Of a stretch of 64,000 bases of DNA, positions 10,433 to 19,404 are shown one piece after another. The DNA lies in contig CAWDVR010000001.1 in the NCBI GenBank assembly GCA_963805975.1, forward strand, positions 704,001 through 768,000, written 5' to 3'. This DNA comes from an uncultured Acidobacteriota bacterium. GTDB lineage: Bacteria; Acidobacteriota; Thermoanaerobaculia; Multivoradales; SZUA-115. The stretch's first letter is position 1, and each line of letters starts with the position of its first letter. The position numbers and the translations under genes are program-made. Under the pieces are notes generated by a model. The model had not been told where the DNA came from. It did not search any database and was given only the letters and a program-made list of their open reading frames with translations.

Positions 10433-11556
10433 CCCTCGAGACCCTCACCCTGACCGAGATCGGGCTGCCGCTGAAGGAGCCCTTCCGCATCTCTTCGGGC
10501 ACGGTCCGCAACCGCCGCATCCTGCTCGTCGAGGCGCGGGAGAAGGACGGCACCCTGGGCTGGGGCGAATGCGTGGCGGGGGAGGAGCCCTACTTCAGCG
10601 CCGAAACCATCGACACCGCGTGGTTCGCGATCGAGACCTGGCTCGCGCCGCTGGTTCTCGGGCAGAGCTTCGCGCACCCACGCGAGATCTTCCCGCGGCT
10701 CGACGCCGTGGTCCGCGGTCATCTGATGGCCAAGGCGGCGGTCGAGATGGCGGCCTGGGAGCTCGCCTCGACCCTCGCGGGTCAGCCTCTCGCACAGTAC
10801 CTGGGCGGCGAGCGCCGCGAGGTCGAGGTCGGCATCTCGCTCGGCATCCAGGAGAACCCCGGCCGTCTGATCGAAAAGGCGCGGCAGGCGCAGGACGAGG
10901 GCTACCGCAAGATCAAGATCAAGATCGCGCCGGGAGCCGACGTCGAGTACGTCGCCGCGGTGCGCGCGGCACTGGGACCAGCGGCGCCGCTGATGGCGGA
11001 CGCCAACTCCGCCTACTCACCGGCCGACGCCCTCCACCTGGAGCGCCTGGACGCGCTCGATCTGATGATGATCGAGCAGCCGCTCGACCGTACAGACCTG
11101 CTGCGCCACGCGGCCCTCCAGCGCCGGCTCACGACGCCGATCTGCCTCGACGAGTCGATCACCGGCCCGGACCGCGCCGCGGACATGATCGCGCTCTCTG
11201 CCGGCCGCATCGTCAACATCAAGCCCGGCCGGGTGGGCGGCTTCGCGCAGTCGCTCGCCATCCACGATCTCTGCCTGGCCGCCGGCATCCCGGTGTGGTG
11301 CGGCGGCATGCTGGAGAGCGGCGTCGGCCGCGCTCACAACGTGGCACTGGCCTCGCTCCCCGGCTTCTCCAAGCCCGGAGACCTCTCGCCCAGCAGCCGC
11401 TACTGGGAGCGCGACGTGGTGCATCCGGAGTGGACCATGGACGCCGGGCTGGTGCGCGTGCCGCGCGAACGGCCGGGCATGGGCGTCGACGTGGACCGCG
11501 GACGGATCTCCGCGCTCACCGTGCGCCGCTCCGAGCTCTCCGCGGCCACGCGATAG
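10426..11556 (+). CDS. menC: o-Succinylbenzoate synthase / N-succinylamino acid racemase (enolase superfamily)
   Basis: KIKIKI (KxK), MADANSAY, IEQPL, ICLDESI, NIKPGRVGG, WCGGMLESGVG, PGDLSPSSRYWERD. Confidence 0.9.
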   Translation: MLTLETLTLTEIGLPLKEPFRISSGTVRNRRILLVEAREKDGTLGWGECVAGEEPYFSAETIDTAWFAIETWLAPLVLGQSFAHPREIFPRLDAVVRGHLMAKAAVEMAAWELASTLAGQPLAQYLGGERREVEVGISLGIQENPGRLIEKARQAQDEGYRKIKIKIAPGADVEYVAAVRAALGPAAPLMADANSAYSPADALHLERLDALDLMMIEQPLDRTDLLRHAALQRRLTTPICLDESITGPDRAADMIALSAGRIVNIKPGRVGGFAQSLAIHDLCLAAGIPVWCGGMLESGVGRAHNVALASLPGFSKPGDLSPSSRYWERDVVHPEWTMDAGLVRVPRERPGMGVDVDRGRISALTVRRSELSAATR

Positions 11557-11566
11557 GATCGCCGCC

Positions 11567-12364
11567 ATGGTACCCATCGATCTCTCCGGAAAGCGCGCCC
11601 TCGTCATGGGGGTCGCCAACAGCCGCAGCCTTGCCTGGGCGATCGCCGAGCGCCTGCGCGAAGCCGGTGCCGAGCTCGCCTTCACCTACCAGGGAGAGCG
11701 CCTGAAGGGGGAGCTCGAGAAGCTCACGGAGGGCCTTCCCGGCCGTCGGCTCTACTCCTGCGACGTCACCGTCGAGGCGGAGCTGGCGGCGGTCTTCGAG
11801 GACCTCCAGGCCGCCTGGGGCACACTCGACTACGTGGTGCACGCCATCGCCTTCGCGCCGCGCGCCGCCATGGAGGGCCGCTACATCGACACCACGCGCG
11901 ACGATTGGGTGACGGCGCTCGAGATCTCCGCCTACTCGCTCCTCGCCGTGGCGCGCAAGGCCGAGCCGCTGCTCAACGAAGGCGGAGGCCTGATCACGCT
12001 CTCCTACTACGCCGCCGAGAAGGTAGTGCCCAAGTACAACGTGATGGGGGTAGCCAAGAGCGCGCTCGAGGCCACGGTGCGCTACCTGGCCTACGACCTG
12101 GGGTCGAAGGGCGTGCGGATCAACGCCGTCTCTGCCGGGCCGGTGCGCACGGTGGCCGCGCGCAGCATCCCCGGCTTCATCCAGATGTACAAGAAGGTTG
12201 GCGGCGCCTCGCCCCTGGGCCGAAACGTCACTCACGAGGAGGTGGGCAACCTCGGGCTCTACCTGCTGTCGCCCCTCGCCTCGGGCATCACCGGCGAGAC
12301 GGTCTACGTGGACGGCGGCTTCCACGTGATGGGCATGCAATTGGAAGACAGCTCCTCTCCGTGA
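11567..12364 (+). CDS. fabI: Enoyl-ACP reductase
   Basis: GVANSRSLAW, HAIAFAP, ISAYSL, YNVMGVAKSALE, SAGPVRT, YVDGG. Confidence 0.95.
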   Translation: MVPIDLSGKRALVMGVANSRSLAWAIAERLREAGAELAFTYQGERLKGELEKLTEGLPGRRLYSCDVTVEAELAAVFEDLQAAWGTLDYVVHAIAFAPRAAMEGRYIDTTRDDWVTALEISAYSLLAVARKAEPLLNEGGGLITLSYYAAEKVVPKYNVMGVAKSALEATVRYLAYDLGSKGVRINAVSAGPVRTVAARSIPGFIQMYKKVGGASPLGRNVTHEEVGNLGLYLLSPLASGITGETVYVDGGFHVMGMQLEDSSSP

Positions 12365-13587
12365 GCCTCCCGGCCGCCCTCCAGCGGCTCTTCTCTCCTG
12401 AGCTCGAGGCGCGGCTGGTGGCGCTGCGACGGGACCTCCATCGGCATCCAGAGCTTTCCTGGCAGGAGGAGCGGACCGCCGCCCGCCTGGAGGGGGAGCT
12501 CGCCGCGACCGGCGCCACCCAAGTGCGACGAGTGGCCGGCACCGGGCTCGTGGCCCGGATCGCCGGCCACGACCCGCAGGCACCGGTGGTGGCGATCCGC
12601 GGTGACATCGATGCCCTGCCCGTGGAGGAGGCGACCGGCCTGCCTTTCTCCTCCGAGCGCCCCGGCGTGATGCACGCCTGCGGGCACGACGTGCACGCCG
12701 CCTGGGCCGTGGGCGCCGCCGCGCTACTGGCCGGTTCACCGGCCGCGGGCGACGTCCTGGTCCTGCTGCAGCCGGCGGAGGAGGTGGCGGGCGGGGCGCT
12801 CGCCCTGCTCGAATCGGGCGTCCTCGAAGGCGTCGCCACCCTCTTCGGCGCGCACGTGGACCGTCGCTTCGAGGTCGGCCAGGTGGTGGCCCAGGCCGGT
12901 CCGCTGGCCGCGGCCAGCGACCTCTTCGAGATCTCGCTCCGCGGCCGTGGTGCTCACGGCGCCCGGCCGCACGAGGCGGTGGACCCGGTGGTGGGCGCAG
13001 CGGCCCTGATCCAGGCCCTGCAGACGATCATCTCGCGACGCCTCGCACCCGGCGAGCCCGGCGTGGTCACGGTCGGCTCGATCCATGGCGGGCAGGCGGC
13101 CAACGTGATCCCCGAATCCGTCACCCTGACGGGCACACTGCGCGCCACCCGTGCCGCCACGCGCGAGCTGCTGCGCGGGGAGATCTCGCGCATGGCGGGG
13201 GAGACGGCGCGGCTCTACGGGCTCGCGTCCACGGTGCGTTTCTTCGACTCGACGCCGGCGCTCGTCAACCCGGAGCGGGAAGCCGCCTGGGCGCGCGCGG
13301 CGGTGACCCGGGTGCTGGGCCCCGAGGCCCTCGTCCCCCTGGGTGCGCTCAACATGGCGGGGGAGGACTTCGCCTACTACCTCGAGCGCCTGCCGGGCTG
13401 TTTTCTGCGCGTCGGCGCCAGGGAAGCGGGTGGAGAGCCCATCCCCGCCCATTCGCCGCGCTTCTATGCCGCCGAGGAGAGCGTGCTGGTGGGCGCCGCG
13501 GTACTGGCGGAAGCGGCTCGAACGGCATCTCTGGCCTTGACAGCAGCGGCGGGGAAGGTCTACTCTCCAACGTCAAATGCTGGTTGA
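12361..13587 (+). CDS. M20D amidohydrolase (probable N-succinyl-L-amino acid desuccinylase)
   Basis: HRHPELS, RGDIDALP, MHACGHD, QPAEE, GAHGARP, GEDFAYY, HSPRF; GTG start overlaps the fabI stop. Confidence 0.9.
   Translation: MSLPAALQRLFSPELEARLVALRRDLHRHPELSWQEERTAARLEGELAATGATQVRRVAGTGLVARIAGHDPQAPVVAIRGDIDALPVEEATGLPFSSERPGVMHACGHDVHAAWAVGAAALLAGSPAAGDVLVLLQPAEEVAGGALALLESGVLEGVATLFGAHVDRRFEVGQVVAQAGPLAAASDLFEISLRGRGAHGARPHEAVDPVVGAAALIQALQTIISRRLAPGEPGVVTVGSIHGGQAANVIPESVTLTGTLRATRAATRELLRGEISRMAGETARLYGLASTVRFFDSTPALVNPEREAAWARAAVTRVLGPEALVPLGALNMAGEDFAYYLERLPGCFLRVGAREAGGEPIPAHSPRFYAAEESVLVGAAVLAEAARTASLALTAAAGKVYSPTSNAG
13537..13566 (+). promoter_or_regulatory. Sigma70-type promoter for TPR/secreted pair 1, embedded in the 3' end of the M20 gene
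   Basis: TTGACA (13537-13542), 18 nt, TACTCT (13561-13566), 10 nt before ATG 13577. Confidence 0.55.
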
Positions 13588-14551
13588 TCTGTCCTTCGCC
13601 TTCCGTCCACCCACGGCTCTCGCCTCGGAGGACCCCGCAGCCGTTCTTCCAGGAGACGAATTCGAGTCCTTGCAGGCGCGCGGGCAGGCGGCTTTCGACG
13701 CGGGACGCCTGCCCGAGTCGATCGAGCTCCTCGAGCGGGCGCTCGCCTGGGCCGAGGAGCACGGCGACCGCCGGCAGATCGATCTCGGCTTCTGCAACCT
13801 GACCAGCGCCCAGATCGCCCGCGACGAAAAGCGCCCCCTCGCGCCCGCGACCATGCAGCGGCTGCGCGCGGTGCTCCTCGCGAGCGAGGATCTGACCAAC
13901 TGCCGCCTCGCCGCCTACAACCTCGCTCGCGCCTTCGAGTTCATGAGCGACAGCAAGAAGGGCCTGTTCTACGCCCGCATCGCCCTCGATCGCGCGGAGC
14001 TCCTGGGCCGCGCCGACTGGATCGCGTCGAGCCACAACCAGATCGGCAACTTCCTGCTCGCCGACAGCTACTTCGACCAGGCCGCGGCCGAGTACGACGA
14101 GGCCCTGAGCCTCTATCCGCCGGAGGCCGCGCTGCGCCGCGCCCTGGTGGAGGGCAACCTCGGCTACTGCTCGATCGCGCGTGGCCGGGTGCAGCAGGGG
14201 CTCGAGCTGCTGGTTCGCAGCTTCCGGGTCCTGGCGCGGCGCGGCAGTATGACCGACCTTGCCGTGGCGCACGCCGACCTCTGCTACGCGCACCTCGAGC
14301 TCGGTCGCAGCCGCGACGCCGTCCGCCACGGCAACAAGGCGCTGGCGCTCGCCGAGCAGTGCGGCGCCAAGGACGTGGCGAAGAATTGCCTCTACCTGCT
14401 GGGCGCCGCCACCCAGCAGGGCGGCGACCGGCAGGGCGCCCACGACTGCTACTCGCAGCTCCAGGAGCGCTACTACCCGGGCTCGGCCTTCGTCGCCGAG
14501 TTCCTGCTCTCGGTCGACGTCCGCCGCATGATCAATCTGAGGGCCGCATGA
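13577..14551 (+). CDS. Cytoplasmic TPR protein (RRNPP/Rap-like), copy 1
   Basis: No signal peptide; helical repeats AAYNLARAF, SHNQIGNFL, EGNLGYC, KNCLYLLG; full-length paralog of 18047..18946. Confidence 0.8.
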   Translation: MLVDLSFAFRPPTALASEDPAAVLPGDEFESLQARGQAAFDAGRLPESIELLERALAWAEEHGDRRQIDLGFCNLTSAQIARDEKRPLAPATMQRLRAVLLASEDLTNCRLAAYNLARAFEFMSDSKKGLFYARIALDRAELLGRADWIASSHNQIGNFLLADSYFDQAAAEYDEALSLYPPEAALRRALVEGNLGYCSIARGRVQQGLELLVRSFRVLARRGSMTDLAVAHADLCYAHLELGRSRDAVRHGNKALALAEQCGAKDVAKNCLYLLGAATQQGGDRQGAHDCYSQLQERYYPGSAFVAEFLLSVDVRRMINLRAA

Positions 14552-15930
14552 GAACCCTGCTGCGGCCCCTCGTGCTGGTCCTGGCCCTGCTCGTTGCGGG
14601 TACCCCTGCTGCGGCCGAACCGCGCCAGACCGCCCTCGGTACGAACGGCGAGATCTATCGCCTGTTGACCGGGACCTATGGCCAGTTCTTCGGCGCCGGC
14701 CTCACTCCGGCCACCAACCCTGTGTTGGTGCTCGAGATCGTGCGACCGGGCGACCGCCACCCGGACCGCATGCTGGTGCCGGGCACCGAATCCGAAGACG
14801 TCGAGCGCGCCTCTTCGGTGAGCTTCGAGGAGCGCTCGGGGGCCGCCGTGGTCCTCTGGGCGAGCCAGAAGAACTACATTCGGTCGCGCATCAACCTGGC
14901 GACCTTCGACGGGGAGACCTGGTCGGCGCCTATCGAGCTCTCCGGCGACGTCTGGAGCCAGAAGTCCTCGCCGGCTCTCGCGGTGAGCAGCGACACCTAC
15001 CTGACCCGCACCGAGACCGGCACCGCCGCCCACGAGCGCAGGATCTACAACGTGGTGTGGTGGGAGCAGTCCGGTGCCGGGGATCGCGTCGTCTACTCGC
15101 CCGTGGTCTTCGTCGACGGTGCCTACATCGGCTGGAACCCGGTCTTCGTCCTCACCGACCTGACGGACGGCGACCCCTCGTTCGGGGCGCCGCTCCTGGT
15201 GCGCGACGAGCTGCTGCGCGTTCCCACCATCGCCAGCGGCGAGCGTCCGTCGGACTCCGTGGCCGCCTTCGTGCACCCGGCTACCAAGCAGTTGATCAGC
15301 GTCCAGATCAGCTCGCTCGCCGGGGAGATGACCATCCTCGCCGACCAGGTACGAGCCGATCTCACGAGCTTCGGCCAGGCGAACCCCACTGCGGACCTGG
15401 CGGCGCTGGGGGAGCGAGCCCGGCATCAGATCGTTGACTTCGGCGTCCGTCTCGGCATGCACCCCGGTCTGCTCAGCTTCGTGGGTGGGCGGGTCGCCTC
15501 CGGCCTAGCCCAGAACCCGGCGGAGACCTCTCTCGCCTCCCTGGGCGAGAAGGCGCGCCACCAGATCGTCGACTTCGGGGTACGGATGATGGCCCAGGGC
15601 CTCACCGGCGCCGAGGACCTCACGCCCGCCTGGCTGGCGGAGTTCGGCTCGGAACAGTACCCGGCGACCGACGACGGCCAGCCTCTCCACGCGTTGCGGG
15701 TACGCTTGATCGCCGCCCGTCCGGCGCCCCGCACCGAGTCTGGCACCACCTCAGTCTTCCTCTCCGAGAACGGCGAAGACGCCCTGATCGCCTGGCAGGC
15801 CGATGACATGGTCCGCTACTGCGAAGAGTCCAACGGCGAATGGAGCGAGATCCGGCAGCTCCAGCTCAACGCCGACCTCTCCTTGGCCCACGCCTTCGAG
15901 CTGCTGTCGGCGCGGGTTCGGAAGAACTGA
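14548..15930 (+). CDS. Secreted 460-aa hypothetical protein with duplicated peptide ARHQIVDFGVR, copy 1
   Basis: ATGA overlap with the TPR stop; Sec signal MRTLLRPLVLVLALLVAGTPAAA; paralog of 16658..18040. Confidence 0.85.
   Translation: MRTLLRPLVLVLALLVAGTPAAAEPRQTALGTNGEIYRLLTGTYGQFFGAGLTPATNPVLVLEIVRPGDRHPDRMLVPGTESEDVERASSVSFEERSGAAVVLWASQKNYIRSRINLATFDGETWSAPIELSGDVWSQKSSPALAVSSDTYLTRTETGTAAHERRIYNVVWWEQSGAGDRVVYSPVVFVDGAYIGWNPVFVLTDLTDGDPSFGAPLLVRDELLRVPTIASGERPSDSVAAFVHPATKQLISVQISSLAGEMTILADQVRADLTSFGQANPTADLAALGERARHQIVDFGVRLGMHPGLLSFVGGRVASGLAQNPAETSLASLGEKARHQIVDFGVRMMAQGLTGAEDLTPAWLAEFGSEQYPATDDGQPLHALRVRLIAARPAPRTESGTTSVFLSENGEDALIAWQADDMVRYCEESNGEWSEIRQLQLNADLSLAHAFELLSARVRKN
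15397..15585 (+). repeat. In-frame duplicated peptide LAxLGE(R/K)ARHQIVDFGVR, period 135 nt
   Basis: Copies start at 15397 and 15532; 11-aa core identical, 7 of 11 codons differ synonymously. Confidence 0.95.
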
Positions 15931-16029
15931 CGGCACATTAGTCGTTGGTGCCAGACGAAGTCGCCCGGCTTCGAGCGGCAAGACTCTGTTCGTGAATGTG
16001 CGAGCGCTGGCTAGAAAGCATAGGGCAGC

Positions 16030-16610
16030 ATGCCCGAGCACTCGCAGACAGAGTTGAGGGTCTTCAGAGAGTTCGCTCGGTGGGCTCCACTCCAGATCGA
16101 CCAAGACTCCATCCAGAAGAGACAGCCTCCAGAGCCCGATATTCTCTGTAGATCCTCCGAAGGTCAGGAGTTCGCATTCGAGCTGGTGGAGGTCGTTGAT
16201 CCCGATCTAGCTACCGCTGATTCCCGTCAGGTGAGACTTCAAGTTGCGTTGAGCGGGGGCCGGTAGGACGCTGCGTTTAGGCGACAGTACGGCGACGCCG
16301 TTGTCGGAATCACCTTTCAGCGCGAGCTCTCAATGCAGAAACTTTATACTTCAACGTAGCTGCTGTTGAAGCCTTTGCGGATCCCACTCTGAAGACGATC
16401 CGAAGCAAGCTAACTCGTACGTACTCGGTGACGGGGAGTCTCGCCCTGCTGGCCTACTTCAGTGGCCAGCCCATGCATGCCGGAACCGAATGGGGGCTCG
16501 GGCTTGAGGAGCAGATCCGCGATCTTCTTCGCCCCTCGACATTCGATGCGGTCTGGCTGTTCGAGATGAGTTCTGGACGTCTTGTCGAAATCCAGCACTA
16601 TGCTGGGTAA
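16030..16610 (+). pseudogene. Decayed gene with a PD-(D/E)xK-like motif, between the two convergent pairs
   Basis: Fragments 16030..16266 (PEPDILC...AFELVE) and 16428..16610 separated by stops and a frameshift; visibly more AT-rich than the flanks. Confidence 0.5.
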
Positions 16611-16657
16611 GGCCAAGTTGGCCCAGCAGTAGCAGCGATCTGAGAGCGTCCCCGCGC

Positions 16658-18040
16658 CTACCGCTCACGCACCCGCTGCCGCAGGATCTGCTCTGCTCTC
16701 GCAGCGTCGATGGGGCCTTCGAGGGCGATGCGGCGGGCGGCGGTCCAGCCGGCGTCGCGCGACTCGCGGTAGCGCAGGGCTCCGGTCTCGCTCCAGCTCA
16801 CCACGGCACGCCGTCCGTCCTCTGCCAGAAAGATCCAGATCGGGCCGGCGCCGACGCCGGGGGCGCGGCGCTCGTTGACCAGTCGCAGCCAAACGTGGTG
16901 CGGCCTTCCCTCGACCCCACCCACGGCCGGGGCGCGGATCTCGAGGACGCGGCTCACCGTGGCGGCGTCGCCTCCGGCCAGGCCGCCCTCGCCGAACACC
17001 CGCGCGCCGATCTCGATCATATGGCCGCGTGCGTGCTCGGCCAGCGAGACGACGCTGCCCGTTTCCAGCCCGGTGTCGCGGATGTCGGCTGCTACGTCGT
17101 CGGCCAGGAAGGTCAGGAGGCCCGGGTGCAGGCGGTGACCGATCTCGATCATGTGGCCGCGCGCGTGCTCGGCGAGGCTCACCAGCCCGTCGGCCGAGAA
17201 CAAGTCCTCGTCCGCCTCGATGCGCGCCGCCGTGCCATCGGCCAGCTCGCCCAGCTCGGCCGGCAGTACCCTTGCGTCGAACACCAGAAAGCGCTCGGTC
17301 GCCTTGTTGACGAAGCCCAGGACGACGCTGTTCTCGTCCCGGCCGGACTCCATCCTCGGCGAGCGGAACAGATCGGCCGGCAGCATCATGTGCTGCTGGG
17401 GCACCGCGCTGGCATCGAGGTCGCTCAGGTTGTAGACCTCGTTACGGCCGAGATAGGCGCCGTCGATCAGGAAGATCGGCGTGTAGAAGACCTCTTCGGA
17501 AGAGGCCGCCTTCTCCCACCAGGCCACGTGCAGCACGGTGCGGCTGTGGAGTACGGACGGCTGGCCCGCGGCACCCACCACCTCGAAGTCGTCGCGGGTG
17601 ATCGAGACCTGGGGCGGACCCTTGAGGGGAGCGATGTCGCCGGAGACCTCGAAGACCTGCGACCAGACGCCGCCCTTGAGCCAGGCCAGATTCACCCGCG
17701 AGTGCTGGGGCTGCGGCTTGCTCTCCCAGAACACGAAGAGGCTGTTCGAGGCGTCCTCGAAGACCAGGGCGGGCTGGCCCTCGATCGCCGCGCCGTCGGT
17801 CTCCGGCACCTTCAGGCGGCGTAGCGGCTCGCCGGGGGGCTGCACGTCGATGGCGATCAGGGGGTGGTTGGAGCTCGCCGCGGCGCAATCGGAGAAGAGA
17901 TCGCGGCAGCGGCCGCTCTTGGCCACGTAGATCTCACCGCCCAGGCCGAGCGCGGCGTCGCGGGGCACCTCGGCTACCAGGGCCGGAGAGCCGAGAGCCG
18001 CCAGGGCGGCGAGGGAGAGCAGGATGCGTGCGTGCGACAT
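16658..18040 (-). CDS. Secreted 460-aa hypothetical protein with duplicated peptide VSLAEHARGHMIEIG, copy 2
   Basis: Sec signal MSHARILLSLAALAALGSPALVA; shares ALG.GEIY, VP.T, SR.NLA, E.SGD, V.WWE, Y.P...DGAY.G.N.V and HPGLL with copy 1. Confidence 0.85.
   Translation of the reverse strand: MSHARILLSLAALAALGSPALVAEVPRDAALGLGGEIYVAKSGRCRDLFSDCAAASSNHPLIAIDVQPPGEPLRRLKVPETDGAAIEGQPALVFEDASNSLFVFWESKPQPQHSRVNLAWLKGGVWSQVFEVSGDIAPLKGPPQVSITRDDFEVVGAAGQPSVLHSRTVLHVAWWEKAASSEEVFYTPIFLIDGAYLGRNEVYNLSDLDASAVPQQHMMLPADLFRSPRMESGRDENSVVLGFVNKATERFLVFDARVLPAELGELADGTAARIEADEDLFSADGLVSLAEHARGHMIEIGHRLHPGLLTFLADDVAADIRDTGLETGSVVSLAEHARGHMIEIGARVFGEGGLAGGDAATVSRVLEIRAPAVGGVEGRPHHVWLRLVNERRAPGVGAGPIWIFLAEDGRRAVVSWSETGALRYRESRDAGWTAARRIALEGPIDAARAEQILRQRVRER
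17006..17182 (-). repeat. In-frame duplicated peptide VSLAEHARGHMIEIG, period 132 nt
   Basis: Copies at 17138-17182 and 17006-17050; 15 aa identical with synonymous differences, including Ser AGC versus TCG. Confidence 0.95.
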
Positions 18041-18046
18041 GGTGTC

Positions 18047-18946
18047 TCAGGCCTTGATGTTGATCAGTCGCTTGACGTTCAGGAGGAGCAGGAGATCGGC
18101 CACGCCCTCGGCGCCGGGGTAGAACTCCTCCTGCAGGCGGGCGAACTGAGCGCGCGCCGCGAGCGGGTCGCCGGCGAGCTTGAAAGCCTCGCCCAGGAGG
18201 AAGAGGGAGTTCTTGCGCATCTCGGGGTTGTCGATCTCCTCGGACATGCGCAGGGCGGCGATCGCGTGCCGGATGGCGCTGCGATAGCGGTTGATCTCGA
18301 GATAGGCGAAGCAGAGGCTGACCTCGACCACCGGCCTCCAGGCCACGGCGCCCGCCCGGCGGATCAGCCGTAGGGCATCGAAATGGGCCTCGAAGCCCTG
18401 CCGGTAGCGGCCCTGCACCACGTGGCAGTAGCCGAGGTTGTCGAGCGCCAGGGCGCGGCGCAAGGGGTTCTCGTCGGGCAGGGCTGCGATCGCCTGCTCG
18501 AACTCCTTGCGCGCGTCGTCGAACTTGCTGCTCGCCAGGAGCAGGTTCCCGAGCAGGTTGTGAGTCGAGGACAGCCAGTCCGCTCGCTCGGCCTCGCGGG
18601 CGTAGCGGTGGGCGATGCGGGTGTAGAAGAGCGCCTTGGCGCCGTCCTTGGCCACCTCGTAGGCGCGGCCCAGCGTATAGGCGGCGAGGAAGCTGCTCTC
18701 GGGGTCGGAGTTCTTGACCAGGATGCGCCGCAGGTCGGCCTTGACGCTCTCGGTCTCGCCGGTCTCCACCAGATAGGCCGCACGGTTGCACAGCGTGCGG
18801 TCGACCTGCCAGTTCTCGCCGTGCTCGCCGAGCCAGGTGAGGGCGCCATCGAGGATCGCGAGCGCCTGCTGGAGCTGTCCGGCGAGCGCCGCGCTCCACG
18901 CCTCCTGCTTGTAATGCTCGTAGGCTTCGCTGGCGCCGGCGGTCAT
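18047..18946 (-). CDS. Cytoplasmic TPR protein (RRNPP/Rap-like), copy 2
   Basis: AAYTLGRAY, LFYTRIA, THNLLGNLL, DNLGYC, KNSLFLLG, LQEEFYPG; no signal peptide; ends 6 nt before the secreted gene. Confidence 0.8.
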   Translation of the reverse strand: MTAGASEAYEHYKQEAWSAALAGQLQQALAILDGALTWLGEHGENWQVDRTLCNRAAYLVETGETESVKADLRRILVKNSDPESSFLAAYTLGRAYEVAKDGAKALFYTRIAHRYAREAERADWLSSTHNLLGNLLLASSKFDDARKEFEQAIAALPDENPLRRALALDNLGYCHVVQGRYRQGFEAHFDALRLIRRAGAVAWRPVVEVSLCFAYLEINRYRSAIRHAIAALRMSEEIDNPEMRKNSLFLLGEAFKLAGDPLAARAQFARLQEEFYPGAEGVADLLLLLNVKRLINIKA

Positions 18947-19356
18947 GGGCGAGCTCGAACCTCCGGCATCCGGTGAACCGGTGGAGCGGGCTCGGCGGGC
19001 CGCGGCCCGACGGCAACGGGGGCCGAGGGCCGGCGGCGGGTGATCAGGTGCTGGATCTCGTCCTGGTCCTCGGCCGGCAGGGCGTTGAACTGCTGCAGCA
19101 TCAGCACTTCGCGCGGGCTGACCGCGCCGCCGCGGTCCTCTTCGAAGAACTCCGCGACACTGACCTTGAACTCGGCCAGCATGCGGAACAGGGTGTCGAG
19201 GCTGACGCGGTATTCGCCGCGCTCGATGCGGGAGAGGTCGGACTGCTGGATGCCGATGCGGGCGGCGAGGTCGTTCTGCGTGAGCTTACGCTCCTTGCGC
19301 AGCCGACGAATCTTCCGCCCGACCAGCTCCACCTGCTGAGTTCGCTGTGCCACCAT
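18943..19356 (-). CDS. XRE-family HTH transcriptional regulator
   Basis: GRKIRRLRKERKLTQNDLAARIGIQQSDLSRIERG; stop overlaps the TPR copy 2 start (ATGA). Confidence 0.9.
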   Translation of the reverse strand: MVAQRTQQVELVGRKIRRLRKERKLTQNDLAARIGIQQSDLSRIERGEYRVSLDTLFRMLAEFKVSVAEFFEEDRGGAVSPREVLMLQQFNALPAEDQDEIQHLITRRRPSAPVAVGPRPAEPAPPVHRMPEVRARP

Positions 19357-19404
19357 CAGATCGTGGCCTCCGGGAAAGAATGACCCTCGAGGGGTGAACG
19401 CGGC

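Noticed and set aside
13577-19356. The two convergent pairs as a recent inverted duplication or mobile element
   Set aside because: Similarity is visible only at protein level; no terminal repeats, transposase or integrase seen
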